A stretch of DNA of 64,000 nt, taken from NCBI GenBank assembly GCA_938023515.1, contig CALJDR010000085.1:46-64045 (forward strand), read 5' to 3'. Positions 18,833 through 28,406 of the stretch are shown piece by piece. The notes under the pieces were generated by a model. That model had not been told where the DNA came from. It searched no databases and worked only from the letters and a program-made list of their open reading frames with translations. Origin of the DNA: an uncultured Flavobacteriales bacterium (GTDB lineage Bacteria; Bacteroidota; Bacteroidia; Flavobacteriales; UBA1820). The translations under genes were made by a program, and so were the position numbers. Position 1 is the first letter of the stretch. The number at the start of each line of letters is the position of its first letter.

Positions 18833-19450
18833 ATGAATACGGATACCCCGAAAGACCGGATGCTCCCCGTGATGGAGCACTTCTATACCCTGCAGGGCGA
18901 AGGTTGCTTCAGTGGTCAGGCGGCTTATTTCATCCGCCTGGCTGGCTGCGACGTACGGTGTCCCTGGTGTGACGTAAAAGAGAGCTGGACCGCGACCAAG
19001 GAGCAATGGACCGACATCCGTGCCCTTATCGACCAAATTCCCGGTCAGGCCCCTATCGCAGTAGTGACCGGCGGGGAACCCCTGCTCCGCGATCTGGACG
19101 AACTGACGGCTCTGTTGCAGGCCAAGGGATTGCGCACCCACCTGGAAACCTCCGGAAGCCGCGCCCTGTCGGGGCATTGGGACTGGATATGCGTATCGCC
19201 CAAAGAAGCTAAAGTCCCCACCGAAGAAACCCTCTCCCGGGCAGACGAACTGAAAATGGTCATTTCCGGCCCGGACGATCTTCGGCAGGCCGAACGCTAT
19301 GCTGCCCAGACAAAAGAAGGGTGTGTCCTGCTGCTTCAGGCCGAATGGGATCGGCGGAAAGAAGTGACCCCTCTGCTGACCGAATACATCAAGTCGCATC
19401 CCCGGTGGCGGGCGTCTGTCCAGATACACAAGTACATGGATATTCCCTGA
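18833..19450 (+). CDS. queE: 7-carboxy-7-deazaguanine synthase (radical SAM, queuosine pathway)
   Basis: 205 aa from ATG 18833. It has the EHFYTLQGEG motif and the radical-SAM cluster CDVRCPWC. Confidence 0.85.
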   Translation: MNTDTPKDRMLPVMEHFYTLQGEGCFSGQAAYFIRLAGCDVRCPWCDVKESWTATKEQWTDIRALIDQIPGQAPIAVVTGGEPLLRDLDELTALLQAKGLRTHLETSGSRALSGHWDWICVSPKEAKVPTEETLSRADELKMVISGPDDLRQAERYAAQTKEGCVLLLQAEWDRRKEVTPLLTEYIKSHPRWRASVQIHKYMDIP

Positions 19451-19459
19451 CCCCTATCA

Positions 19460-19491
19460 AAAAAGCCTTCCGGATTCCGGAAGGCTTTTTT
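19460..19491. terminator. Bidirectional terminator between queE and psd
   Basis: Stem gccttccgg/ccggaaggc flanked by aaaaa and tttttt. Confidence 0.75.
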
Positions 19492-19507
19492 GTAAACTGT
19501 ATTTATT

Positions 19508-20188
19508 TTATTCTTTCGTCTCTTTCTCGGCGATCACGGTCTCCCCGCCGCGGACTTTCTGTCCCAGGGATACGCATACCTTAAAATCGAGAGGCACCAG
19601 CACATCCACCCGGGACCCGAATTTAATGAATCCCGAGTCGGCCCCGCGGCCCACATGCTGCCCTACCATCGCATAGTTCACGATCCGGCGGGCCATCGCC
19701 CCGGCCACCTGACGGTAAAGGATCTTCCCAAGCAGGGTATTGTTCACTACGACCGTTGTCCGTTCGTTCTCCAGGGACGACTTAGGGCTCCAGGCGACGA
19801 GTTTTTTACCCGGATGGTACTTTGAATACTCGACCATCCCGCTCACCGGATACCGTGTCACATGGACGTTGGTCGGCGACATGAACACCGATATCTGGCG
19901 CATCGGCCCGTTGAAGTATTCCGTTTCCTGTACTTGTTCAATCACTACGACTTTCCCATCCACCGGAGAATATACTTGCGTATCCTTAGGCTGGATAGCA
20001 TACCGGCGCGGATTGCGGAAGAAAGTGGAAACCAATATGTAACTTATGGATGTTACGGCGAGTACCGAAAGAAATACCCATTGCGCCTTGACATACTGGA
20101 ATGTCAGTACATTTACCAGTACCAGCACGGCAAAAATGAAGAGCAGGATGCTTTTTCCTTCGCGGTGTATCTTGAACCTCATACTCAT
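19508..20188 (-). CDS. psd: Phosphatidylserine decarboxylase proenzyme
   Basis: 226 aa with N-terminal TM helices, a C-terminal FGSR processing-site context, and synteny with cdsA (4-nt ATGA overlap). Confidence 0.85.
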   Translation of the reverse strand: MSMRFKIHREGKSILLFIFAVLVLVNVLTFQYVKAQWVFLSVLAVTSISYILVSTFFRNPRRYAIQPKDTQVYSPVDGKVVVIEQVQETEYFNGPMRQISVFMSPTNVHVTRYPVSGMVEYSKYHPGKKLVAWSPKSSLENERTTVVVNNTLLGKILYRQVAGAMARRIVNYAMVGQHVGRGADSGFIKFGSRVDVLVPLDFKVCVSLGQKVRGGETVIAEKETKE

Positions 20189-21045
20189 GACAGATACAGG
20201 AACGTATAGATGAACGGTATGCTCATGATGAAACTATCCAGCCTGTCCAGCATTCCACCGTGGCCCGGCATGATACGCCCGGAATCCTTGACCCCGGCCA
20301 GCCGCTTGAACATCGATTCGACCAGATCGCCCACGACCCCCATAATGCTGACGATCACCGCGATCACCATCCACTCGACTAGCGTAAGGGTATCGGGGAA
20401 CACCTGGAAAAGCACATAACCGCATAGTAAGGTGAAAACCACCCCGCCGACGAACCCTTCCACCGTTTTCTTCGGGGAAATACGCTCCATCAGTTTGTGG
20501 CGCCCGAAGGCTATACCGCACAGGTAAGCGAACGTGTCGCTCACCCACGTGAGGATGAATATGCCCAGCGGTATGCGGAAATTATATATGTTTCCTTCCG
20601 TATAGGGCACGTACAGCGCCAACGCAAAGGGCATCGTGATATAAACGAATGTGAGAAACGCTTTCCCCAGATCGGATACGGCATTATCCTTGCCGCGCAG
20701 CAGTTCGATCAAAAACAGCAGGAACAGGAGAGGGATCAGCAGCACCTTCAGCGCCGAATCGAATTCCACGTGGGGAATATAGCCCTGCGAAAAGGCCACC
20801 GATATCAGGGCCAACAGATGGATAACCACCAACGAGACCTTCAGGCTGCGGCTGCGCAGGGAGAGCAAGCGGAAATATTCGTAGATACAAACAGCCGAGG
20901 CCAGGAACATAAAAGTAAAGTACACCGAAGCTCCGGCCAGTATGCAGCCTACCAACAGCAGGACATATACCGCACCTGCCACCGCCCTGACGGATACGGA
21001 AGCCGCTGCAAATTTTTGTCTGATGTCTTTTTTATTGCCGTTCAA
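20185..21045 (-). CDS. cdsA: Phosphatidate cytidylyltransferase (CDP-diglyceride synthase)
   Basis: 286 aa polytopic membrane protein with the C-terminal signature GHGGMLDRLDS. Confidence 0.9.
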   Translation of the reverse strand: MNGNKKDIRQKFAAASVSVRAVAGAVYVLLLVGCILAGASVYFTFMFLASAVCIYEYFRLLSLRSRSLKVSLVVIHLLALISVAFSQGYIPHVEFDSALKVLLIPLLFLLFLIELLRGKDNAVSDLGKAFLTFVYITMPFALALYVPYTEGNIYNFRIPLGIFILTWVSDTFAYLCGIAFGRHKLMERISPKKTVEGFVGGVVFTLLCGYVLFQVFPDTLTLVEWMVIAVIVSIMGVVGDLVESMFKRLAGVKDSGRIMPGHGGMLDRLDSFIMSIPFIYTFLYLS

Positions 21046-21102
21046 GGCGCGCTGTCATATTTAGGGCAAAAGTACGAAAATCGGCCCAATTAACGCCCTG
21101 TT

Positions 21103-23154
21103 TTACGGCTTTTGTTCCTCATTTTTCAAAGAATCCCCTTCGGTGCGATCCTCTTGTGCAGGCATGGCATTCTCCCCGCCTTTATTGGACTGAGGCTCGG
21201 GCGATACGGCTGCTTTCTCTTCTTTCAGGCCGTCTTCCACATCCATGAAAGGGCGCGGGCCGAATACCTCGACCAGGTCTTCCTTGAATATCACCTCCCG
21301 TTCGAGCAGCATTTCTGCCAGACGGGTGAGCTTTTCCTTGTTGTCCGACAGGATCTTCAGGGCGCGCTGGTACTGATCCTCGATGAGCTTGGATATCTCC
21401 TCGTCGATCACCTGCGCCGTTTTTTCGCTGTAAGGCTTGGTAAAGCCATAGTCGCGCTGGCCTGTGGAATCATAATAGGTAACGTTGCCGATCTTTTCGT
21501 TCAGCCCGTATACGGTGACCATAGCCATTGCCTGCCGGCTGACTTTTTCCAGGTCGGAAAGCGCTCCGGTGGATATTTTGCCGAACATGATCTGTTCCGA
21601 GGCGCGGCCGCCCAACGTAGCGCACATTTCATCGAGTATCTGATCGGCCGTAGTGAGCTGCCGTTCTTCCGGCAGATACCAGGCCGCACCGAGCGACTGC
21701 CCGCGCGGTACAATGGTCACCTTGACCAGCGGAGAAGCATACCGCGTAAGCCAGCTTACCGTAGCATGCCCCGCCTCGTGGAAGGCGATCGCCCGCTTTT
21801 CTTCCGGCGTGATGATTCGGGAGCGTTTTTCCAACCCGCCGATAATACGGTCGACTGCCGAAAGGAAGTCTTCCTTGTCTACCGCGTCCTTATTGCGGCG
21901 GGCAGCGATAAGGGCTGCCTCGTTGCAGACGTTAGCGATATCCGCCCCGGAAAATCCGGGCGTCTGGCGTGCCAGGAACGATATATCGAGCCCTTCGGCC
22001 AGTTTCAGGGGCCTGAGATGCACTTTGAATATCGCCTCGCGTTCGTTCAGGTCGGGCAGGTCGACGTATATCTGACGGTCGAAACGTCCGGCACGTAGCA
22101 GTGCCTTGTCCAGAATGTCCGCCCGGTTGGTAGCCGCCAGCACGATTACGTTGGTATCCGTCTGGAAACCGTCCATCTCTGTCAGGAGCTGGTTCAGGGT
22201 ATTTTCCCGCTCGTCGTTCGATCCCGTCATGGCATTCTTGCCGCGGGCGCGCCCGATCGCGTCTATTTCGTCGATAAAGATGATGGACGGGGATTTTTCT
22301 TTCGCCTGCTTGAACAGGTCGCGCACACGCGAAGCCCCCACGCCGACGAACATCTCCACGAAGTCCGAACCCGAAAGCGAGAAGAAAGGCACACTCGCCT
22401 CCCCGGCGATAGCCTTGGCCAGCAAGGTTTTACCAGTTCCCGGAGGGCCTACCAGAAGGGCACCCTTGGGTATCTTTCCGCCCAGGCGGGTGTATTTAGT
22501 CGGTTCCCGCAGGAAGCTGACGATCTCCTGCAGCTCTTCCTTGGCGCCTTCCAGCCCGGCTACGTTCTCGAACGTCACTTTGATCCGGTCGTTCTCGTCG
22601 AATACGCGGGCTTTGCTCTTCCCGATATTGAATATCTGGCTGCCTCCTCCGCCACCGCCGCCGGCCATCCGGCGCATCATCCAGACGAAGAAAACGATCA
22701 TCAGGATCAGCGGAAGCCATGCAAAAAGGTCGCCGAAGAACGAATTGGGAACTTCTTTGCGAAGGGGTATGTCGAGGTTGTGCGCGTCGGCCACTTCGTT
22801 GAACGTTTTCTCAAAATTCGCCGCATCGACGAACACCACCTTGAACTGGGGGCCTTTGGCCTGTCCGGAACCGTATGTCTTGGGAAGGTCCTTGTACTTA
22901 TCGGATTTCAGGGCCTCGTCGGTCAGGTAGATATTGGCGTAGTCCTTGTTGAAGATCACCACTTCCTTTACCTCGCCCGACGGCATGACCGTATCGAAGA
23001 ATTCTTTCTGGGATATTTCTTTCGGCTTGGCATCGCTGCTGTAGAAATACTCGATACCGAATATCACTACGATGATCAGCGCCGATATCCACCAAAATCC
23101 CAAAGGCGAACGTCCGCCTGTATTTATATTGCTTGTAGGTTTCTTTTGTTCCAT
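21103..23154 (-). CDS. ftsH: ATP-dependent zinc metalloprotease FtsH
   Basis: 683 aa with Walker A GPPGTGKT, Walker B IIFIDEID, the SRH region and the zinc site HEAGHA. Confidence 0.97.
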   Translation of the reverse strand: MEQKKPTSNINTGGRSPLGFWWISALIIVVIFGIEYFYSSDAKPKEISQKEFFDTVMPSGEVKEVVIFNKDYANIYLTDEALKSDKYKDLPKTYGSGQAKGPQFKVVFVDAANFEKTFNEVADAHNLDIPLRKEVPNSFFGDLFAWLPLILMIVFFVWMMRRMAGGGGGGGSQIFNIGKSKARVFDENDRIKVTFENVAGLEGAKEELQEIVSFLREPTKYTRLGGKIPKGALLVGPPGTGKTLLAKAIAGEASVPFFSLSGSDFVEMFVGVGASRVRDLFKQAKEKSPSIIFIDEIDAIGRARGKNAMTGSNDERENTLNQLLTEMDGFQTDTNVIVLAATNRADILDKALLRAGRFDRQIYVDLPDLNEREAIFKVHLRPLKLAEGLDISFLARQTPGFSGADIANVCNEAALIAARRNKDAVDKEDFLSAVDRIIGGLEKRSRIITPEEKRAIAFHEAGHATVSWLTRYASPLVKVTIVPRGQSLGAAWYLPEERQLTTADQILDEMCATLGGRASEQIMFGKISTGALSDLEKVSRQAMAMVTVYGLNEKIGNVTYYDSTGQRDYGFTKPYSEKTAQVIDEEISKLIEDQYQRALKILSDNKEKLTRLAEMLLEREVIFKEDLVEVFGPRPFMDVEDGLKEEKAAVSPEPQSNKGGENAMPAQEDRTEGDSLKNEEQKP

Positions 23155-23200
23155 TCTTAGTTTTTTCCGTTAAAAATCAGGTCCGGGTCTTTCCGCGGGA

Positions 23201-23566
23201 TCATTCCTCTATGCGCGTTGTCTTAGCATCTCCCCACAGGGATTCCAGGTCGTAGAACTGACGCGTAGACTCCTGGAATACATGTACGACGATATCGGAA
23301 TAATCCATCAGCACCCACTGCGAATTTTCCGCGCCTTCTACGTGCCAGGGATGTTCCTTGAGCGAACGGGATACCTGTCTTTCGACGAACCCGACGATGG
23401 AGTTCACATGGGTGGAGGAATTACCGGTGCATATTATGAAATAACTGCACACGGCGGATTCTATCCCCCGCAGGTCCATCAGCACGATGTCCTGTGCCTT
23501 GATCTCGGAAAGTTCGTGAAGGATTGCGGATAGCAAATCGTCAGTAGATACTGTTTTTTTTATCAT
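23201..23566 (-). CDS. rsfS: Ribosomal silencing factor RsfS (iojap)
   Basis: 121 aa with the family-typical core (...DIVLMDL...YFIICTGNSSTHV...WVLMDYSDIVVHVF) and conserved rsfS-ftsH synteny. Confidence 0.85.
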   Translation of the reverse strand: MIKKTVSTDDLLSAILHELSEIKAQDIVLMDLRGIESAVCSYFIICTGNSSTHVNSIVGFVERQVSRSLKEHPWHVEGAENSQWVLMDYSDIVVHVFQESTRQFYDLESLWGDAKTTRIEE

Positions 23567-23640
23567 TTAATTTGATTAGTTTTGGCAATTGGCAAATTTA
23601 ATGAAATTTTGCGTGACAACGCTTAAATTAATAAAACATT

Positions 23641-24393
23641 ATGAGAACGGATAACGATCTGCAATACACTGTTTTGCAGCATCCGATACTGGCATCCACC
23701 AATACCCACCTGATCAATATGCTCGCCTCGGGCGAGCCTGTCGAGGAGTTCACCGTAGTCATTACCGAGGAACAGACCTCCGGCCGGGGACAGGGTTCCA
23801 ACCGGTGGAGCAGCCAGGGGGGTAAAAACCTCACATTCAGCACACTTCTTCTCCCGGACATTGAAGCAAAGGATCACTTTTTCCTCAATATGTGTGTGTC
23901 GCTCGGCATACGCGAGACCGTGGAAAAATATGTGAACGACGTACAGGTGAAATGGCCCAACGACATCTACGTGGGCGACGACAAAATATGCGGCATCCTG
24001 ATCGAGAGTTCCATCAAATCCGGCCGCATCGTCCGCTGTGTAGCTGGAATGGGGCTGAATGTAAATCAGGAAAAGTTCGAAGACTGGGTCCCCAACCCGA
24101 CTTCCATTTATAACGCTTCGGGGGAGGAATCGGACCTGCATGAAGTCCTGGATGAGGTCATGCACCATATAGCAAAATACTATCGGGCGCTCCGGGAAGG
24201 CCGCCTGGAAGATATAAAGCAGGAATACCTGGCCCATATGTGGCGCAAGGACAAGCAGGCCGAATATCAGGACAAGGACGGCCGGTTTATCGGCACCATC
24301 CGCGGATGCGACGATACGGGATGCCTGCAGATCGAACGGGAGGACGGGACCGTATCTGCCTATGCTTTCCGCGAAGTCAAATTCATATTATAG
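23641..24393 (+). CDS. birA: Biotin-[acetyl-CoA-carboxylase] ligase, class I (no N-terminal HTH)
   Basis: 250 aa with the catalytic motif QTSGRGQGSNRW near the N-terminus. There is no room for the roughly 60-aa winged-helix domain of bifunctional BirA. Confidence 0.85.
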   Translation: MRTDNDLQYTVLQHPILASTNTHLINMLASGEPVEEFTVVITEEQTSGRGQGSNRWSSQGGKNLTFSTLLLPDIEAKDHFFLNMCVSLGIRETVEKYVNDVQVKWPNDIYVGDDKICGILIESSIKSGRIVRCVAGMGLNVNQEKFEDWVPNPTSIYNASGEESDLHEVLDEVMHHIAKYYRALREGRLEDIKQEYLAHMWRKDKQAEYQDKDGRFIGTIRGCDDTGCLQIEREDGTVSAYAFREVKFIL

Positions 24394-24416
24394 CCCGGCA
24401 CTAAAAGAAAAAACCG

Positions 24417-24424
24417 TATTTTTG
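24417..24424 (+). promoter_or_regulatory. Bacteroidota -7 promoter box upstream of the XRE/S24 regulator
   Basis: TATTTTTG lies 22 nt upstream of ATG 24447. Confidence 0.45.
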
Positions 24425-24446
24425 CCTATATAATCATCACCCGAAC

Positions 24447-25247
24447 ATGTCGAAATTCGCCGCCAACCTCAAATTCCTCCGCCACCACAAGGGGCTCTCG
24501 CAGGACATTCTGGCCTTGGCGCTCGACCTGAAACGCACCACCCTGAGCAGTTACGAGAACGATTTGGCCCAGCCGAACCTCGAATTGCTCGACCGGATCG
24601 CCGCCCATTTCGGGGTGAACATCGATACTCTGCTGCGCACGGACATGTCCGAATTGTCTTCGGAAGAGCTGGAGGACGCCTTGCGGGGGGAGGCGCCGGA
24701 CATCGCCGGCCGCCACCTGCGGGTACTGGCCACCAGCGTATCGGCCGACAACGAAGAAAACGTGGAAGTCGTCCCGGCTGCGGCCCGTGCGGGATATGTG
24801 GCCGGATATGCCGACCCGGAATTCATCGCTTCCCTCCCCCATATGAGCCTTCCGTTCCTCTCCCCCCAGCGCAAATACCGGGCTTTTCCCGTCATGGGCG
24901 ACAGCATGCCCCCGGTGGCGCAGGGATCGTACGTAGTGGGAGAATATGCGGCCGATTGGAACACCCTGCACAAAGGTCAGTTCGCCATCGTCGTCACCCG
25001 GGAGGACGGCATCGTATTCAAAAAAATATACCCGGACTTCCGGGAAGGGAAGATCACCTTGTCTTCCACCAACCAGATTTACGAACCGTACGAAGTACCC
25101 ATAAAGGATATTGCCGAAATATGGGCTTTCGTGGCCTATATTTCCCAGTCGGTCATCGAGTCGGCCCTCAGCCAGGGACAGATGGAAGAGATCATCGCCG
25201 AACTCCGCCGCGACGTCTCCGCCTTAAAAAATAAAATGGGTTTTTAA
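24447..25247 (+). CDS. XRE-family HTH regulator fused to an S24 (LexA/CI-like) peptidase domain
   Basis: 266 aa with an N-terminal HTH (LSQDILALALDLKRTTLSSYENDLAQPNLELL) and a C-terminal S24 signature (FPVMGDSMPP ... VFKKIY). Confidence 0.8.
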   Translation: MSKFAANLKFLRHHKGLSQDILALALDLKRTTLSSYENDLAQPNLELLDRIAAHFGVNIDTLLRTDMSELSSEELEDALRGEAPDIAGRHLRVLATSVSADNEENVEVVPAAARAGYVAGYADPEFIASLPHMSLPFLSPQRKYRAFPVMGDSMPPVAQGSYVVGEYAADWNTLHKGQFAIVVTREDGIVFKKIYPDFREGKITLSSTNQIYEPYEVPIKDIAEIWAFVAYISQSVIESALSQGQMEEIIAELRRDVSALKNKMGF

Positions 25248-25421
25248 GAGTCTTTTTTACGGTTAAAAAGTATTGTTTTCCGCGTCTTTCCAGTATCTTA
25301 CTTCATCCTTACGCTTTTCCGATGCCGAAAGGAAATAAGCGTATTTGCTTCGTTTTTTTATCAATTTGACTTTTCCCCCGATTATCATAACACGTAAAAT
25401 TTACCAGGGAAATAAAATATC

Positions 25422-25429
25422 TATTTTTG
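25422..25429 (+). promoter_or_regulatory. Candidate -7 promoter box far upstream of the fimbrillin-like locus
   Basis: TATTTTTG lies about 300 nt upstream of ATG 25736. If used, it implies a long leader. Confidence 0.3.
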
Positions 25430-25735
25430 TCACTCTATTCATGGAAACGCTGTTTTTTCAGCCGACAGGCTGATGAGAAAGACAGAGTTATGAAAACTGT
25501 ATTAAAAACCTGGGAGACAAATCGCTAAACGATTTTTTACACCATGTCTGTAAAACTGCAGACCTATTTCAAGCACACAATCGTACAGGCCGGAGGAGCC
25601 GTTAAAATGAAATGCATTTCTACTGCATTCTTTTATACAAACATATCGCCGACAGTATTCTGAATCGGTTTCGGCAATACAGAGGCCAGACTACCAATCC
25701 CATAAAAAGACGAACGTATTGAAAATAAATAAAGA

Positions 25736-28401
25736 ATGAGCAAATTCTTACCTAAATGCATTTTCCTGCCGCTGGCATTGTCTCTGCTCTGCGGCTGTTC
25801 ACTGAAAGAGGATGGCGATATCCCCGATATGCAGGCCCGCGTCCGGTTTGACGTCACCACACATACATCGCCGAACACTACGGACGGAGTGATCCTGTCT
25901 ACCGTTCGCTTCATCGCCATAGACAAGGATGGAACGATCGCCTACAATAAATCCACCGAAAATGGCTTATCATCTAAACCTGGGGAGGGCGACACATTCG
26001 AGATCGAATTGCCTGCGGGTAATTACAGGCTCTATATCGTGGCCAACGAAACCCCGGCCATGAGCACGGCCCTCGATGCCATTACTTCGGCGGCCGACCT
26101 CCAAAAGATCGAAGTAGATCCTTTACCGAAGAAAACGTACCGCTGTCTCAGATGGAACAGATCGTCCTGCGACAACTGCAAAACGGACTGCCCCAGATTT
26201 CGACCGACGGGGGCGGTACCTGGCTGAATAAACTTACGACAGAACTGGTGCGCACCCAGAGCAAGGTCACGCTCCACCTGCGGAAAAAGACCGGACAGGC
26301 GGATGTGATCGTCATCAAAAAAGTCGAAGTAGGCAACCTCCCCGACCGTTGCTACCTGCTCCAAAAAACCTATACGCCTGCCAAGGGCGACCTGCAAACC
26401 CTTACTCCATACAACGAGGCCGCCGGCATCCGGTTTGATACCGACGTCGACGACGAAAATGCCAAAGACAATTACACCCTGATCTTCGACACCGGCAACA
26501 TTTTCCCCGAACGCTGGACGGACAATCCCGCTTCGGATATCGATGCTTCCTACCTGAAAATATACGCCGAATATAACGGCCTGAATACCATTTACACGAT
26601 CAAACTGTACGGGGAATCCAAAAACGGCTATAATCTGGCGCGCAACGTCAATCATATCGTTTTTGCGACCCTGAGCAGCGCCGGAAACCTCGATGCCAAC
26701 CAAATATACATCAAGCCCCAGTGGTGGTCCCAGCAGGTTAGCGGCGATATCCAGGCCCCCTATCTCAACGTATCGGAACCGACGGTCCCCATGGTCTTTT
26801 CCCGCACGGCCGACGGAATAGCCTCCATCGCCACCCAGCGCATTTTCTTCTGGACCAACGTCCCGGGAGATGAGATTACCGTAGGCGACAAAATAGAAAA
26901 CGAATCGGGCGACGTTTACGACGTGAAGGGAAATATCACGACAGATATCCAGATCTCCAAAAGCGAAGCCACCCCCGACGGAGGCTTCAATACCACCGGA
27001 TATATCGACCTTACGCCATCGACCCAACTGAGCAAGATCGCCTTCAACAAGGACGCAACGCGATACGGGCTATATCTAAAGGCCGGACACCTCTCCAAAA
27101 AACTGACGCTGGAGCGCGTCGATTACCTGCCCACGGTCAGGTTCTCCGAAATCCCCTGGATCGGTATTTTTTACGGGGCCACCCAGAAAGGCGAGCGTAT
27201 CGTCTCGGCACAAAACGAAGGCGTATGGACGGCCACCACGGAATACCCGGCCGGCACAGGCGAATTCGTTCTGCTGGACCCTTCGATAGCAGCCGACAAG
27301 AATATCTATACCGACAGCCCGGCCGATGCGGAAAAATACCCCCTCGCCTCCGGGGTACAGACACTCTCCGGCGATGGCCGAATCTATTTCCGGGTAGGTC
27401 TCACCGGTACGTCGGCTACCGCGCGTGCCGCCCGTATCAAACTTGAAACCACATCCGGAACATATTACATTTATGTAAAACAGGGCCAGTACGACTATGT
27501 GATGCGCAATACCGACAGCGCATCGTCCATTCTGGCAGACGGTACTCTGGGCGGCAGCGTCACCCGCACAAGCACTAACGTGAAAACCGTTTCACAATAC
27601 GCATTGACGTATTATTCCTACTCCGCACCCGCGGGCGGCAGCACGCTGGGCGAGCAGCTTTTACTGGGAAATTCGACCACTTCCTCCTCGTCCATCCTGT
27701 CTGAAACGGGATTTCCCACCCAAGCCCAGCGGTTTTTCTGCTGGAACAGGAGCAACGGCTCGATGACTACTTCTACCCGTTATTCCGCTTACGCGTTCCA
27801 CCCAGCAAACCCGTGGACAGGAGCCATTACGCCCTATCCCTATACCTCGACCGTCACTCCGAACCTCAGTTACAACACGAGCCTTTACCGCGACGGCTGT
27901 CCGACCGGATACCAGCAGCCCACGGTAGACCAACTCCGCTACTCGCTTTTCCGGAATATTCCGGAGCAGAAGACCGACGGCGATTATGCGATGGCCGCCA
28001 ATACGGCCGACCAAAATTACCTGTGGGGATATTATGCCGACGGGTATTTCGACCGACGCAAAGCCTACAGCGTAGATTCGAACACCGGCTCGGCGACGGT
28101 AACCACCCCGCCCTGCGCCGTATCTTCCGGGGCTAATATCGCCTATTGGGGTATTCTATTCTACAACCCGGACACCTATGCTTCGCTTTTTCTGCCTGCA
28201 ACCGGTTACCGCGACGCCAGCAACGGCGAGCTGCGCATGGCCGGGCTCGGAGGGTTCCTTTGGACCCAGACCGGCGACACAAAGACAGCCACGAAGAAAT
28301 ACGGGCTTATGTTCAGTAATATCGACGGGACCTTGGACTGCCGCATCGTGGGAAATATAAATCCTTTCCGCGCCGGTTCGTTCCGCTGTGTAAAAAAATA
28401 A
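25736..28401 (+). pseudogene. Mfa/fimbrillin-like N-terminal lipoprotein with a C-terminal FISUMP-type domain, interrupted by a 1-nt frameshift near 26118-26124
   Basis: ORF 25736-26227 carries a lipoprotein signal (LSLLCGCS) and a fimbrillin-like beta domain (GNYRLYIVANE). It continues in the -1 frame as ...FTEENVPLSQMEQIVL (ORF 26152-28401, frame open from about 26023). The C-terminus FLPATGYRD...GGFLWTQT...FRCVKK matches the Fibrobacter-succinogenes-major-paralogous-domain pattern. Restoring one base in gatcctttacc gives a single reading frame of about 888 aa. Confidence 0.6.
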
Positions 28402-28406
28402 GGAAA

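Noticed and set aside
17873-19429. 518-aa minus-strand ORF opposite yebC and queE
   Set aside because: It is a shadow ORF spanning two well-supported plus-strand genes and the terminator between them.
21112-22930. Plus-strand ORFs of 328 and 274 aa opposite ftsH
   Set aside because: They are antisense to an unmistakable FtsH (Walker A/B, HEAGHA).
25250-25735. Possible invertible (phase-variable) promoter upstream of the fimbrillin-like locus
   Set aside because: I looked for flanking inverted repeats bracketing a promoter and found only short (5-8 bp) matches. No recombinase gene is adjacent.
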